A stretch of 64,000 nucleotides of DNA from an uncultured Alphaproteobacteria bacterium (GCA_902536655.1 CACAYF010000009.1:3122-67121), one strand, 5' to 3'. Shown: positions 1 through 9,631, numbered from the stretch's first letter. Made by a program: numbers and translations. Notes: generated from the sequence alone by a model not told the origin.

Positions 1-668
1 AGAAAATTTGAAAAAAGTAATTCCGAATCATCATTATACCTAATTTCTTGTTTCAATCTGCTAGCGAGTTTCACTCCAACTTGAGGCCCAAACATTAAGG
101 ATGACAAAATATCAGCATCTAAAATTATTTTTTCAAGATCATCTTCTACATTTTCTGGTTTAACAGGGAAAAAGGTGCTCTCAAATATTCTCTTAATCCT
201 CTTCAATTCTTTAAAAATAAAGATTTTCTTGAATAAAATTTTTTCCAATCCTTCATAACTCTTTAATTCCTGATAGTAAGGCTTGCTCATAAGTATTCTC
301 CTACCCTGATGATTCATATCGTGAGTAAGGGCTATTATGACCAATAAAAGCCTGTCTTTATATTTTAAATTTATTTGTTTTCCTAATATACATGAAATTG
401 CCAAAACTGACTTAAAGTGATGAGAATCATGATATGTATTGAAACAAATATTTCTTAAACACAACTTTGATAATTTTCTGATAATCGATTTGTAGTCTTT
501 TAACTTAAAAACTTTCAACTCTTTTAAACATATTATTGCTATCGAGTATAAATCTGGTTGTTTATGATTTGACAAAATATATTTTTTTAAAATACATTTT
601 GTTCTAGGCCAATTTTTAACTATATAATCTAAACTTGGCAAACCTTTGTCTAATGGAAAATTCCTCAT
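1..668 (-). CDS. HD-domain metal-dependent phosphohydrolase with class I cyclic-nucleotide phosphodiesterase-like motifs. Only the N-terminal ~222 aa are in the window; the gene continues past the left edge.
   Basis: I translated the minus strand by hand. It is one continuous frame from an ATG at 668 (reverse complement of cat 666-668) down to position 1, with no stop. The start overlaps the cyclase stop as ATGA. The translation contains ...NTYHDSHHFKSV...LLLVIIALTHDMNHQG..., i.e. YH(D/N)xxH followed ~35 aa later by HD[LIVMFY]xHx[AG]. These are the first two metal-binding motifs of the class I PDE / HD fold. The rest of the PROSITE PDEase_I signature (NxF) is not matched. The gene is absent from the ORF track because the window truncates it. 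Confidence 0.5.
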   Translation of the reverse strand, partial: MRNFPLDKGLPSLDYIVKNWPRTKCILKKYILSNHKQPDLYSIAIICLKELKVFKLKDYKSIIRKLSKLCLRNICFNTYHDSHHFKSVLAISCILGKQINLKYKDRLLLVIIALTHDMNHQGRRILMSKPYYQELKSYEGLEKILFKKIFIFKELKRIKRIFESTFFPVKPENVEDDLEKIILDADILSSLMFGPQVGVKLASRLKQEIRYNDDSELLFSNF

Positions 669-2971
669 TTGCTTTTCATTACCCAAACTCCATTCCAATC
701 TGTCGGTTTTTCCTTAATCAATAAATTGCATCTCTCAATGTATGTTTTTGATAAGTTATCTTGAGAATTTGCTTTTAGACATTCATTAAAAGATGAAATA
801 GCTTGTTCAAAACTTCCACCTTTATAGTGTTTCCTACCTTCATTAAAATGATTGACCACATCCATTAAATTCGGAAAAGTTTTATCATTGTGATAATCTA
901 AAACTTCGTGCACACCAATAGGTTCGTTTTTTCCTTTAACGACTACATCATCTATATACCTAATGCGATAGGTTCCTTTTAGTTTTTTGAATGTATAGTC
1001 ACTAATTAAAATTCTTGCACTATATTGTTTGCATGCACTTTCTAAACGTGCTGCTAAATTCACACCGTCACCAATCATCGTGTAATCCATTCTTTTTTGT
1101 GATCCAATATTTCCTGCCACAATTTTGTCCGTATTTAATCCTAATCCCATATCAACAGGTGGCTTTCCGTCTTTTTCTCTTTGCTCGTTCCACTCCCATA
1201 ATCTTTTGATCATGTTGATACCCGCTTTAACACCCCTATCTTCATCGTCCTCATGTGATATAGGAAGACCAAATGCGGCCATTATTGCATCTCCAATAAA
1301 TTTGTCTAACATACCTCCCTGCTCTGATATGCATTCAACCATTATTTCAAAATATTCATTCAATAATTTTACAGTACCCTGAGCACCCAACGACTCTGTT
1401 ATGGTAGTAAAACTTCTTAAATCAGAAAACAACAAAGTGGCGGTTGTTTCAAGCCCACCCATGATGTCAGATCCATCCTCTAATAATTGATCTGCTATTC
1501 CAGGGTCCATATATCTAGACATTGTTGATTTCATTCTTTTTTCTGAAGAAATATCTTCAAACATTAATAAAGTGCCAAGAAAATTATCCGATTGATCTGT
1601 TCTTCCATCACTATCTTCATTTATCAGTGGGAGTATTGTCAAATTTACTGATATTTTTTCCTCTTTTTCTGTTTCATTGTCGAAAACCTCTATTTCAGCG
1701 TCAACAATAATTTCTGGTTCTTTTGATTCACCAACACTCTTAATTTTCTCATATATCCATTTTTTATTTCCGGAAAAAAAATCTTTGGATTGTTTTTTTA
1801 TTATGTCTGAATCTTTAGTTCGGAGTATTTTTAATCCAGATTTGTTACAAGTAACAATTTCTTCTTCACTGTTAATTGTTATAACTCCGTTAGACATACT
1901 AGAAAGCATACTTTCATTATACTTTCTAGATTTAGATACATCTTCAAAAAGCTTGGCATTTTCAAGAGCAATTGCAACTTGTTGAGTAAATGCCTTTAAC
2001 CTAGATTCATCTTCATCTGTAAATTTGCCACCACTCTTATTTAAAACTTGTGTACAACCAATTACCTTCCCTTCTTTATTTACAACAGGTACACATAAAA
2101 TGGAACGAGTAAAATACCCTGTCTGTTTATCAAATGAAGGATTAAATCTTAAATCAGCATAGGCGTAAGGAATATTCATTGATTTACCAGAAGTAAAAAC
2201 TGATCCTGCAATTCCCGCAGTGTTAGGAAGTCTTATTTCACCAATGCCTTCCCCCATAGCTACCCTTGAAAATAATTCATTCGTTTTTTCATCATTTAAA
2301 AATAAAGTAGCCCTGTCAGCATTGAGCATTCGTGTTGCCTCCTCCATCACTCTTTGCAGCAAAGCTCCTAAATCGATTTCAGCTGTAACATCAGAAACAA
2401 TACTAATAAACTCCATTTCTTTAGCTCTTTTTTTTTCAAAATGTTCAGTATTTTGCGCATTTTGAATTGATACAGCGGCTTGGGTAGCAACTGACTCTGC
2501 AAAGAAAAGATTATCTTTTGTAAATCTTCCCTTTCTTTTATTTAAAACTTGAATAACACCTATTGTAAGTCCATCAACAGTTTTAACTGGACAACAAATC
2601 ATATTTTTTGTCTTATAACCAGTTTCCTGGTCAACTTCTTTGTTAAAACGAGAGTCCGCATAAACATCATGAATCACCTCTCCAGATTTGTTCTGAAAAA
2701 TTGCGCCAGCTATTCCAACATTATTTAAAATTCTTATTTCGCGAGTCAAATCTCCTTGGGCGACTCTTGAGTAAAGTTCATTTGTTTCGTTATCATTTAA
2801 AAATAATGTTCCTCTATCTGCATCTAACTCATTAGTAACGAATTCTATTAGTGTCCATAAAATCTCCTCAAGAGATTTAAGTCCAGCAATTTTTCGTGAA
2901 ATCTGAAGTAAAAGTTCAGTTCTTCTTAGCTTCTCCAAGGTTTGGACTATGTTTTCATTACCATTTTTCAT
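665..2971 (-). CDS. Class III adenylate/guanylate cyclase with two N-terminal GAF domains and a C-terminal TPR-like tail
   Basis: 768 aa. There are two GAF-like regions (about residues 20-170 and 190-340). The catalytic core carries FSDLRSFT, KFIGDAIMAAFG and MIGDGVNLAARLE, which are hallmarks of CHD/CYCc class III cyclases. The presence of Lys (KFIGD) and Asp (MDYTMIGD) suggests ATP specificity. The C-terminus (GGSFEQAISSFNECLKANSQDN...) is TPR-like. Confidence 0.85.
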   Translation of the reverse strand: MKNGNENIVQTLEKLRRTELLLQISRKIAGLKSLEEILWTLIEFVTNELDADRGTLFLNDNETNELYSRVAQGDLTREIRILNNVGIAGAIFQNKSGEVIHDVYADSRFNKEVDQETGYKTKNMICCPVKTVDGLTIGVIQVLNKRKGRFTKDNLFFAESVATQAAVSIQNAQNTEHFEKKRAKEMEFISIVSDVTAEIDLGALLQRVMEEATRMLNADRATLFLNDEKTNELFSRVAMGEGIGEIRLPNTAGIAGSVFTSGKSMNIPYAYADLRFNPSFDKQTGYFTRSILCVPVVNKEGKVIGCTQVLNKSGGKFTDEDESRLKAFTQQVAIALENAKLFEDVSKSRKYNESMLSSMSNGVITINSEEEIVTCNKSGLKILRTKDSDIIKKQSKDFFSGNKKWIYEKIKSVGESKEPEIIVDAEIEVFDNETEKEEKISVNLTILPLINEDSDGRTDQSDNFLGTLLMFEDISSEKRMKSTMSRYMDPGIADQLLEDGSDIMGGLETTATLLFSDLRSFTTITESLGAQGTVKLLNEYFEIMVECISEQGGMLDKFIGDAIMAAFGLPISHEDDEDRGVKAGINMIKRLWEWNEQREKDGKPPVDMGLGLNTDKIVAGNIGSQKRMDYTMIGDGVNLAARLESACKQYSARILISDYTFKKLKGTYRIRYIDDVVVKGKNEPIGVHEVLDYHNDKTFPNLMDVVNHFNEGRKHYKGGSFEQAISSFNECLKANSQDNLSKTYIERCNLLIKEKPTDWNGVWVMKSK

Positions 2972-2985
2972 ATTTTAACTAATTG

Positions 2986-3603
2986 TTATTTTTGGATTTT
3001 TTTTTCATAATTTTTTATTACTTTTTCTAATTCATCCCTAAGTGACTGTGTTGAATTTTTAAGTTGTTTAATTTCATCACTGGAATTTAAAACCGCTTTT
3101 TGAACTGCTTCTTTTTTTGAAAACTTTAATTCAACTAATTCGTCTCTAAGAGCAGATGTTGCATCTTTTAATTCGTTAATTTCAAGTGAAGATTTCTTTA
3201 TCGCATTTTGTACAGCTTCTTGTTTTTCGAACTTTAAATTTTCAAGCTCTTCTCTTAATGCGGAGCAAGACAACTTAAGTTGTTTTATTTCATTAGCCGA
3301 GGCCTGAATTTGAATTTGAATTGCTTCTCTTTTTTCAAATCTTAGCTTCTCCATTTGATTTCTAAGTTCTTTTACAGAAGATTTTAACTGGTTTATTTCA
3401 TCATTTTTTAATGAAATTGCTTTTTGTACTGCAGTATTTTTTTCAAAAATGGATTGATCTAATTTTTCTCTAAGTGAATTAATTGTAGAAAACAAATCTT
3501 CAGTTTCTTGATTATTCTCAGACTTAATTTTTTGAATTAGTTCATTTAACTCAAAGCTAAAACTAGGATTTTCTAATTTATATTTTTCAATAAATTTTCC
3601 CAA
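2986..3603 (-). CDS. Coiled-coil protein made of about five tandem 37-aa repeats
   Basis: 205 aa. The repeat unit is L(K/R)FEK(R/Q)EA(I/V)Q.A.....EI(K/N)(Q/E)LK...SALR(D/E)EL(E/V) and is visible five times. It is Lys/Glu/Leu-rich with a heptad-like pattern. It sits 14 bp upstream of the cyclase on the same strand. Confidence 0.6.
   Translation of the reverse strand: MGKFIEKYKLENPSFSFELNELIQKIKSENNQETEDLFSTINSLREKLDQSIFEKNTAVQKAISLKNDEINQLKSSVKELRNQMEKLRFEKREAIQIQIQASANEIKQLKLSCSALREELENLKFEKQEAVQNAIKKSSLEINELKDATSALRDELVELKFSKKEAVQKAVLNSSDEIKQLKNSTQSLRDELEKVIKNYEKKIQK
3035..3425. repeat. Imperfect tandem repeat of about 111 bp (≈3.5 visible copies at DNA level) inside the coiled-coil gene
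   Basis: Units such as ...gcttctttttttgaaaactttaattcaactaattcgtctctaagagcagatgttgcatcttttaattcgttaatttcaag... recur at about 111-bp spacing, matching the 37-aa protein repeat. Confidence 0.55.
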
Positions 3604-3623
3604 AACAATTTCCCCATTTTATT

Positions 3624-4106
3624 CTATTTTTCTTTTAAATTTAAACAATGAAAATATCTAATATTTTTAATTTCAGCCGTTTTTTTTTTTATCCAAGAAA
3701 CAATTTGACCTTTCTTGACTTTTAATTTTTTTGCACAACCTCTCGGTATTTCTAATACAGCAGAAATCTTAATTTCAGATGAAATTAAATTTCTTTTCAT
3801 CGGAACACCCTCTTTTATTGAACTGATAATGTTTCTATCGTCAATAAATATTATATCTAGTGGTATGAAAGTATTGTACATCCAGAACTGGACTATTTGC
3901 GGTGCATCGTAAATAAAAAGCATCCCATTATGAGTTTTTAACTGTTCTATATTCATAAGACCTTTTTGCTTTGTATTATCATCAACGGCTATCTTTACTA
4001 ACAAATTAGAAAAATTTTTTGAATGAATAAGTGCGAACTCGTTTGATCGCAACTCGGTAAATCCAAAAAAAACAAAAAAGAGAATTTTATAACTTAAAAT
4101 TCTCAC
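3624..4106 (-). CDS. DUF192 family protein (COG1430-like) with an N-terminal hydrophobic/signal segment
   Basis: 160 aa. It carries the typical DUF192 core ...KQKGLMNIEQL..NGMLFIYD......WMYNTFIPLDIIFID... It lies 20 bp upstream of the coiled-coil gene. Confidence 0.65.
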   Translation of the reverse strand: MRILSYKILFFVFFGFTELRSNEFALIHSKNFSNLLVKIAVDDNTKQKGLMNIEQLKTHNGMLFIYDAPQIVQFWMYNTFIPLDIIFIDDRNIISSIKEGVPMKRNLISSEIKISAVLEIPRGCAKKLKVKKGQIVSWIKKKTAEIKNIRYFHCLNLKEK

Positions 4107-4341
4107 CTTTTTTTATTCTTTCTAGAGTCATCTGTGCGCCCAAACTCAAATTTTGTTCCTTATCATTTTCTTTATTAAATTTTTCGTTATTTAATGTTAA
4201 TGATAAGTCATATTTCTTAGACAAGTTTCTAAATATTTTTACATTATAAGCACTCAAAACTTTTGAATCAGATTTTTCTTTATCGAAAATTTTTTTCTCT
4301 TTTTTTAATCTTTGAATAGATTTTGAAAGTCTATTTTTCAT
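4087..4341 (-). CDS. Small Lys-rich hypothetical protein
   Basis: 84-aa ORF overlapping the DUF192 start by 20 bp. It is low-complexity K/E/N-rich with no recognisable motif. Confidence 0.3.
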   Translation of the reverse strand: MKNRLSKSIQRLKKEKKIFDKEKSDSKVLSAYNVKIFRNLSKKYDLSLTLNNEKFNKENDKEQNLSLGAQMTLERIKKGENFKL

Positions 4342-4381
4342 TTTATAATGTTTACTAAATATAATACTATATTATTATCAA

Positions 4382-4531
4382 ATTATGAAAAATACAGAAG
4401 AAAAATTGATAGCAATAAAAAATGAAATGGAAAATGTTAGAGAACTTTATGTAAAAGGATTTATTAACAAAGAAGTTTATCAAAAAGAAACAAGATTTTT
4501 ATTCGAAATGGCAACTGAATATGGTGCATGA
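4382..4531 (+). CDS. Small hypothetical ORF (49 aa)
   Basis: ATG at 4382 to TGA at 4529-4531. It overlaps the next small ORF by 11 bp (ATGGTGCATGA). No recognisable motifs. Confidence 0.2.
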   Translation: MMKNTEEKLIAIKNEMENVRELYVKGFINKEVYQKETRFLFEMATEYGA

Positions 4532-4748
4532 CAACGAAGTAAGTAATTTGAAAGAGTCTATTAAAAATTTCAACAATTTATCCTCAATTGAAAAAAAAAA
4601 TTTAATTGAATCAATTGAAATGTTGTGGCTGAACGCAAGCGTAAAAAAAAAAAAAAAGGATATAAATATAAAAACTCAAGATAATGAAAACATTGTGAGA
4701 ATCAGACAGCTATTAGCCGCTGCTTGGTCAGAAGATTTAAAAGAATAA
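4521..4748 (+). CDS. Small hypothetical ORF (75 aa)
   Basis: Listed ORF. It contains an A10 run (4604-4613) and an A14 run (4644-4657). Confidence 0.25.
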   Translation: MVHDNEVSNLKESIKNFNNLSSIEKKNLIESIEMLWLNASVKKKKKDINIKTQDNENIVRIRQLLAAAWSEDLKE

Positions 4749-4771
4749 ATTCTCTGATTACCGCACAGAAT

Positions 4772-5092
4772 TTATTTGTCTCTTTTAATAATATGAAAAC
4801 CAAACTCAGTTTCTATTGGTTCACAAATCTCACCAACTTTTAAAGAAAAGGCACTTTCTTCAAAAGGCTTAACCATCATTCCTTTACCAAACTCTCCTAA
4901 ACTTCCTCCATATGCAGATGATGAGCATTCAGAGTGCTTACTAGCAAGATCTTTGAAAGAGGATTTATTATTAGTCAGGTCATTGTGTATTTCATTAATA
5001 AGTTTCATAGCTTCATCTTTAGATAAACTTGATCTAGAATCTTTGGAATCTTTATGCATGATCAAAATGTGTGAAGCTGAAATTTTATCCAT
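4772..5092 (-). CDS. Parvulin-type peptidyl-prolyl cis-trans isomerase (PpiC family)
   Basis: 106 aa with SHILIMHK...GGSLGEFGKGMMVKPFEESAF...GFHIIKR, the classic parvulin fold motifs. Confidence 0.8.
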   Translation of the reverse strand: MDKISASHILIMHKDSKDSRSSLSKDEAMKLINEIHNDLTNNKSSFKDLASKHSECSSSAYGGSLGEFGKGMMVKPFEESAFSLKVGEICEPIETEFGFHIIKRDK

Positions 5093-6266
5093 CTTTATTA
5101 AAAACTATTCTTATATAATTTATAAAGTAAACTATTGATAAAAATATGTAAATAACAGAATAATTTATTGAAAAATTGACTGAAAAAAAAACAAATGGTG
5201 AAGCAAATATAGCTGCAGTAAGAAAAGAAAGGTTTAAGCTTGAAATGCATGAATTTTCTGTTGTTCTATTTATTTGCTGTTGAAGGATAAAGCAACAAAT
5301 TGTGAAACTTGACACCAAAGATAAAAAAAATTTTAGAAAATCGATACTATAACTTGATGAATGATTTACAAATGAACAAATTGAAGCAATTATTAGAAGT
5401 GATAAATTGAAAAATATTACAGATTTTCTTCTACCTACAATATTAGCAAGCGGTGTTATAAAAAACAAAATTAGGTTAGTTAAAAATAAATATAAGAATC
5501 CATAACTCAAAAAATACAAATTATCTGGATTACTGAATTTTGGCAGCCACTTAGAAAAAGTAAAAAGTAAAAAACATAAAATAGGTATAAATAAAATAAA
5601 ACTGTTTAAATAATTCGAAACAAAAGAATTATTTTTTATATTATTGGAATTAAGCATTATTATTAGATTCTTTTTTAAATAAAATTTGGAAAATACAAAT
5701 ATTACTAAAAGTAAGGATATAACTACTAAATAAAGAATTTTCCAACCACCGTTATTAATAAAATCATTTGAATAAATTTCGTTCATTAAATTATAAAATA
5801 GTGAACCGCCTGCAATACCAAGAAATATCAATATCCAATATTTTAACTGCAAAATATTAGTAACAAATTTTTGTTCGTTTATTAAAACATTTCTATAACT
5901 TAATGAAATTATAACACCTGTGAAAACCCGAAAAATTACGAAAATTCCAATTGATAAAAAAATTGGAAATTCCTTTTGAAGGATAACAGGTATAAAGTAG
6001 AGAAATAATAAAATTAAAAATACATTTATTTTTATGATTTTTAATTTTTCTAATAACTTTGAAATTTTTAAGTCAAATATTCTGGTTATAAAAGATAATG
6101 AAGTAACAAAACATAAGATAACAACACCTATTCTTGTATCCAATGACTCTAAAAGAAAAGAAGATAAAAAAATAACTAAAGAAAAGTTTATTGCAATATC
6201 CAAACCGTCAATAAAAGGAAGAAAATCGTTCAAATTGAAATTAATCTGTTTCTTAGAAGTATTCAT
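5085..6266 (-). CDS. Polytopic inner-membrane protein of about 12 TM segments, possibly an MFS-type transporter
   Basis: 393 aa, almost entirely hydrophobic segments, with a GRRKS loop resembling the MFS inter-TM motif. No firm family call. Confidence 0.4.
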   Translation of the reverse strand: MNTSKKQINFNLNDFLPFIDGLDIAINFSLVIFLSSFLLESLDTRIGVVILCFVTSLSFITRIFDLKISKLLEKLKIIKINVFLILLFLYFIPVILQKEFPIFLSIGIFVIFRVFTGVIISLSYRNVLINEQKFVTNILQLKYWILIFLGIAGGSLFYNLMNEIYSNDFINNGGWKILYLVVISLLLVIFVFSKFYLKKNLIIMLNSNNIKNNSFVSNYLNSFILFIPILCFLLFTFSKWLPKFSNPDNLYFLSYGFLYLFLTNLILFFITPLANIVGRRKSVIFFNLSLLIIASICSFVNHSSSYSIDFLKFFLSLVSSFTICCFILQQQINRTTENSCISSLNLSFLTAAIFASPFVFFSVNFSINYSVIYIFLSIVYFINYIRIVFNKDG

Positions 6267-9200
6267 ATTTGTTTAGAGAGTATTTGTAAAAAATTTTTTA
6301 AACTCATGACTTTCTCTTCATCATTAATTTTAACATTCTTAAAAAATAACTTTGAACCTGGCATCAATTTTAAAATTTTAGCATTTTTTTCAACTAATTT
6401 TATAAGTTTTTCAACATTCATCATATTATCATCTTTGAATTCTAGTACAAAACCTTTATTGGTATTCTCGATTTTTTTTATATTCATCTTTTTGGCTTTT
6501 ATTTTAATCTCAATAATATGAAATAAATTTTTGAGAGATTTAGGAATGTTTCCGAACCTATCATTCAAGTTGGATAACATATCTTTTAATTCGTCAATAT
6601 TAACTATATTCGATATTTTTCTATAGAACCTTAATCTCATATCCAAATCTTTAATATAATTTTTTGGAATACTTATTGCGAATCCAAGTTTTATGACTGG
6701 GGACCAATCTCTATCAGTTGTTTTAATATTTTTAAGTTCGTCAATAGTTTCTTTGAGCATTTTATAATATAGTTCAATACCTACTTCTTTAATATGACCT
6801 GACTGTTCTGATCCAACAATATTCCCTCCTCCTCTAAGATCAAGGTCACTAGAAGCAATAGACAAGCCTGCACCAAGATTTTGAATTTTTGAGATTATTT
6901 TAAGTTTTTGAATCGAATTATCGCTAATATTTTTAAAATCATCAAGAAGCAAATATGCATATGCTTGTCTACTTGATCTGCCTACTCGTCCTCTTAACTG
7001 ATATAACTGAGAAAGACCAAATAATTGTGGTTTTTCAATTATTATTGTATTTACATTAGAAATATCTAATCCAGATTCGATCATAGCTGTTGAGACCAAT
7101 ATTTTTGACTTTTTTAAAAAGAATTTATTATAGGATTCTTCAATATTTTTATTGGACAATCTGCCATGAATTACTTCTATTTTTTCATTAGGAAGGAGAT
7201 TATTTAGATTTTTTTGGATGTTATTTAAATCAGAAATTCTCGGTGCAACATAAAAAATCTGTCCATCACGATTAATTTCTTTTTGAATGATTTTTTTTAA
7301 TTGTTTTTTTTCCTTCAACATAAGATAGGTTTTTATATTCAATCTACTAAGGGGTGGAGTTTTAATTAATGAAATATTTTTTAATTGAAATATAGACGAT
7401 TGTAATGTTCTTGGAATTGGAGTTGCAGTTAAAGTCAAGATATGACAATTTGGTTTAAATTTTTTTAGTATTTCTTTTTGTTCAACACCAAAACTCTGCT
7501 CCTCATCAATGATTATTAAACCTAACTTTTTAAATACAAGTTCGCTTGATAATATTGCATGAGTTCCAATTAGAATATCAATATGACCATTTTCAATTTC
7601 TTCTTTAAGATTTTTTTTTTCAGTATCTGATTCTATTCTTGAAATTTTTTTTATGACATAATCAAAATTTTTAAATCTTTTTTTAAAATTTTTTATGTGT
7701 TGATTCACTAAAAGTAACTTAGGGCATATCAATGCAACCTGGAATCCAGCTGAAACAGAAATAAATGAAGCTCTCATTGCAATTTCTGTTTTGCCAAAAC
7801 CTACATCTCCGCAGATTAAACGATCCATTGGCGTACCTGAGGACAAATCATTTTCAATTTGCTGTATTGATTTTAACTGATCTGATGTTTCCGTAAATTC
7901 AAATTCTGATGAGAATTTCTCATACTCAAAAGATTTAGGAATAAGAACATCACCTTTTTCTAATTTTCTTTTAGCTGCAGTTTTTAATAAATTCTTTGCA
8001 ATGTCTTTTATTCGATTCTTTACAATAGCCCTTCTTTGCTGCCAACTCTGTATACCTAACTTATCTAAGCTCACCTTAATTTCACTTTGACCATATTTTG
8101 AAATCTGATCTAGGTTTTCTACTGGAATTAATAATTTGTCATTTCCATGATATAGCAACTCTAAAAACTCTTGAACAACGTTATTAAACGTTCTTGATAT
8201 AAGTCCATTAAATTTTCCAATACCGTGGTCATTATGGACTATATAATCTCCAATTTTAAGATTTGAATAATCATCTATCAAATTTTCTTCTTTGATTGAT
8301 TTAGAAATATATTTTTTCGAAGTTTTGCCATAAATTTCTTCGTCGGCAATAAAATATAGTGAATGAGTATTATTAAAATTTAAAACAAAACTATTATTTA
8401 TTGCAAATTTAAGAACTAAGAAGTTAAAGTTTATTCTAGTTAAATCGAAAAAATCTTGTTTAAAATTGTCTATATATTTTATATTTTGTGAATTTAAAAA
8501 ACCTTGAATTTTTTTTTTATTTACATTTGAGGAATAACAGAAAATTATAATTTCTCTTTTTTTTATTAAAGTTACTAACTTTTTTTGATTCAGTATTTTA
8601 TTTTTATTAAAATTATATCTTGATGAAAAATAATTAATTCCTTCTTCTTTTGAATTTAACTGATTGAATGAAAGAGTATGGAATCTATTTTCAATTTTAG
8701 AATTTAGTTCTTTTAAGTTATAAAAATAATTACAATTGATTTTTTTTAAATCTTTATATTCATCAATATTGTCAAATGAATCCGATGTTACTTGTTTGAA
8801 ATCCTTTTCAAAATTTGCGTCCAAAAGGATTTTATAACCATCTAAATATTCTAAAAAAGAATTAAAATTATTATTTAAGATTGGAAAAAACTGTTCTGAA
8901 CCTGGTAAAACTATTTTCTGTGAAAGTGATTTATAATAATCGTCTTTATCCTTAAGTTTAAGTTGTCTAAAAAAGCTTCTAAAACATTCTATATTTTCTG
9001 AATTGAATTGAAACTCAGAAGATAAGGATAAATAATAATCATTAACAGTACTTATTGAAAGTTGGTCTTCCGTAGAAAACAAATTAAGTTTATCTATTTT
9101 TTCAAAGTCAAATAAAATTCTAAGAGGTTGTTGATGAATTGGAGAGAAAATATCCATAATTTCTCCTCTAACTGCAAATTCTCCTTTATTATGCACAAAA

Positions 9201-9631
9201 TCGACCCTTTCATACCCACCTTCAACTAAAAAATTAAGAATTTTATCGTAAGTTAAAGAACCCCTGTTCCTTATTACTAATTGAAATTTCTTTACGGTTT
9301 CAATGTTAATTGTATTAGTTGCTATGGCTTTCAGAGAACTTATAATTATATTATTTGATAAATCCGAGAAAACTAAATTATGAAGACAATTTATTCGATC
9401 AGACTTATTTTTATTTGTTGGTGAAAGATTTGAAAAAAATAAACAATCAAAACTTGGAAATTCAATTACATTCAATTTAGGATTGATTTGAAATAATTTA
9501 TTTTTGATATCATCAAAATCATACTCAAAACTGGAAAAATATGCAATTTTGTTGTAATCGGTAGACTGAGCAGCTAGAAAAAACTCTAATGAAGATTTAT
9601 CTAGTGTAAATTTATTAGAAATTTTATGCAC
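6263..9631 (-). CDS. mfd: Transcription-repair coupling factor Mfd
   Basis: 1122 aa. Helicase motif I is LICGDVGFGKTEIAMRA, motif II is DEEQSFGV, motif III is TLTATPIPRTL, and motif VI is QLRGRVGRS. Length and domain order are typical of Mfd. Confidence 0.92.
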   Translation of the reverse strand: MHKISNKFTLDKSSLEFFLAAQSTDYNKIAYFSSFEYDFDDIKNKLFQINPKLNVIEFPSFDCLFFSNLSPTNKNKSDRINCLHNLVFSDLSNNIIISSLKAIATNTINIETVKKFQLVIRNRGSLTYDKILNFLVEGGYERVDFVHNKGEFAVRGEIMDIFSPIHQQPLRILFDFEKIDKLNLFSTEDQLSISTVNDYYLSLSSEFQFNSENIECFRSFFRQLKLKDKDDYYKSLSQKIVLPGSEQFFPILNNNFNSFLEYLDGYKILLDANFEKDFKQVTSDSFDNIDEYKDLKKINCNYFYNLKELNSKIENRFHTLSFNQLNSKEEGINYFSSRYNFNKNKILNQKKLVTLIKKREIIIFCYSSNVNKKKIQGFLNSQNIKYIDNFKQDFFDLTRINFNFLVLKFAINNSFVLNFNNTHSLYFIADEEIYGKTSKKYISKSIKEENLIDDYSNLKIGDYIVHNDHGIGKFNGLISRTFNNVVQEFLELLYHGNDKLLIPVENLDQISKYGQSEIKVSLDKLGIQSWQQRRAIVKNRIKDIAKNLLKTAAKRKLEKGDVLIPKSFEYEKFSSEFEFTETSDQLKSIQQIENDLSSGTPMDRLICGDVGFGKTEIAMRASFISVSAGFQVALICPKLLLVNQHIKNFKKRFKNFDYVIKKISRIESDTEKKNLKEEIENGHIDILIGTHAILSSELVFKKLGLIIIDEEQSFGVEQKEILKKFKPNCHILTLTATPIPRTLQSSIFQLKNISLIKTPPLSRLNIKTYLMLKEKKQLKKIIQKEINRDGQIFYVAPRISDLNNIQKNLNNLLPNEKIEVIHGRLSNKNIEESYNKFFLKKSKILVSTAMIESGLDISNVNTIIIEKPQLFGLSQLYQLRGRVGRSSRQAYAYLLLDDFKNISDNSIQKLKIISKIQNLGAGLSIASSDLDLRGGGNIVGSEQSGHIKEVGIELYYKMLKETIDELKNIKTTDRDWSPVIKLGFAISIPKNYIKDLDMRLRFYRKISNIVNIDELKDMLSNLNDRFGNIPKSLKNLFHIIEIKIKAKKMNIKKIENTNKGFVLEFKDDNMMNVEKLIKLVEKNAKILKLMPGSKLFFKNVKINDEEKVMSLKNFLQILSKQI

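Noticed and set aside
1015-2465. Several plus-strand ORFs (1015-1209, 1125-1382, 1522-1710, 1677-1985, 2220-2465) inside the cyclase gene
   Set aside because: They are low-complexity antisense shadow frames of a well-supported minus-strand gene, with no motifs.
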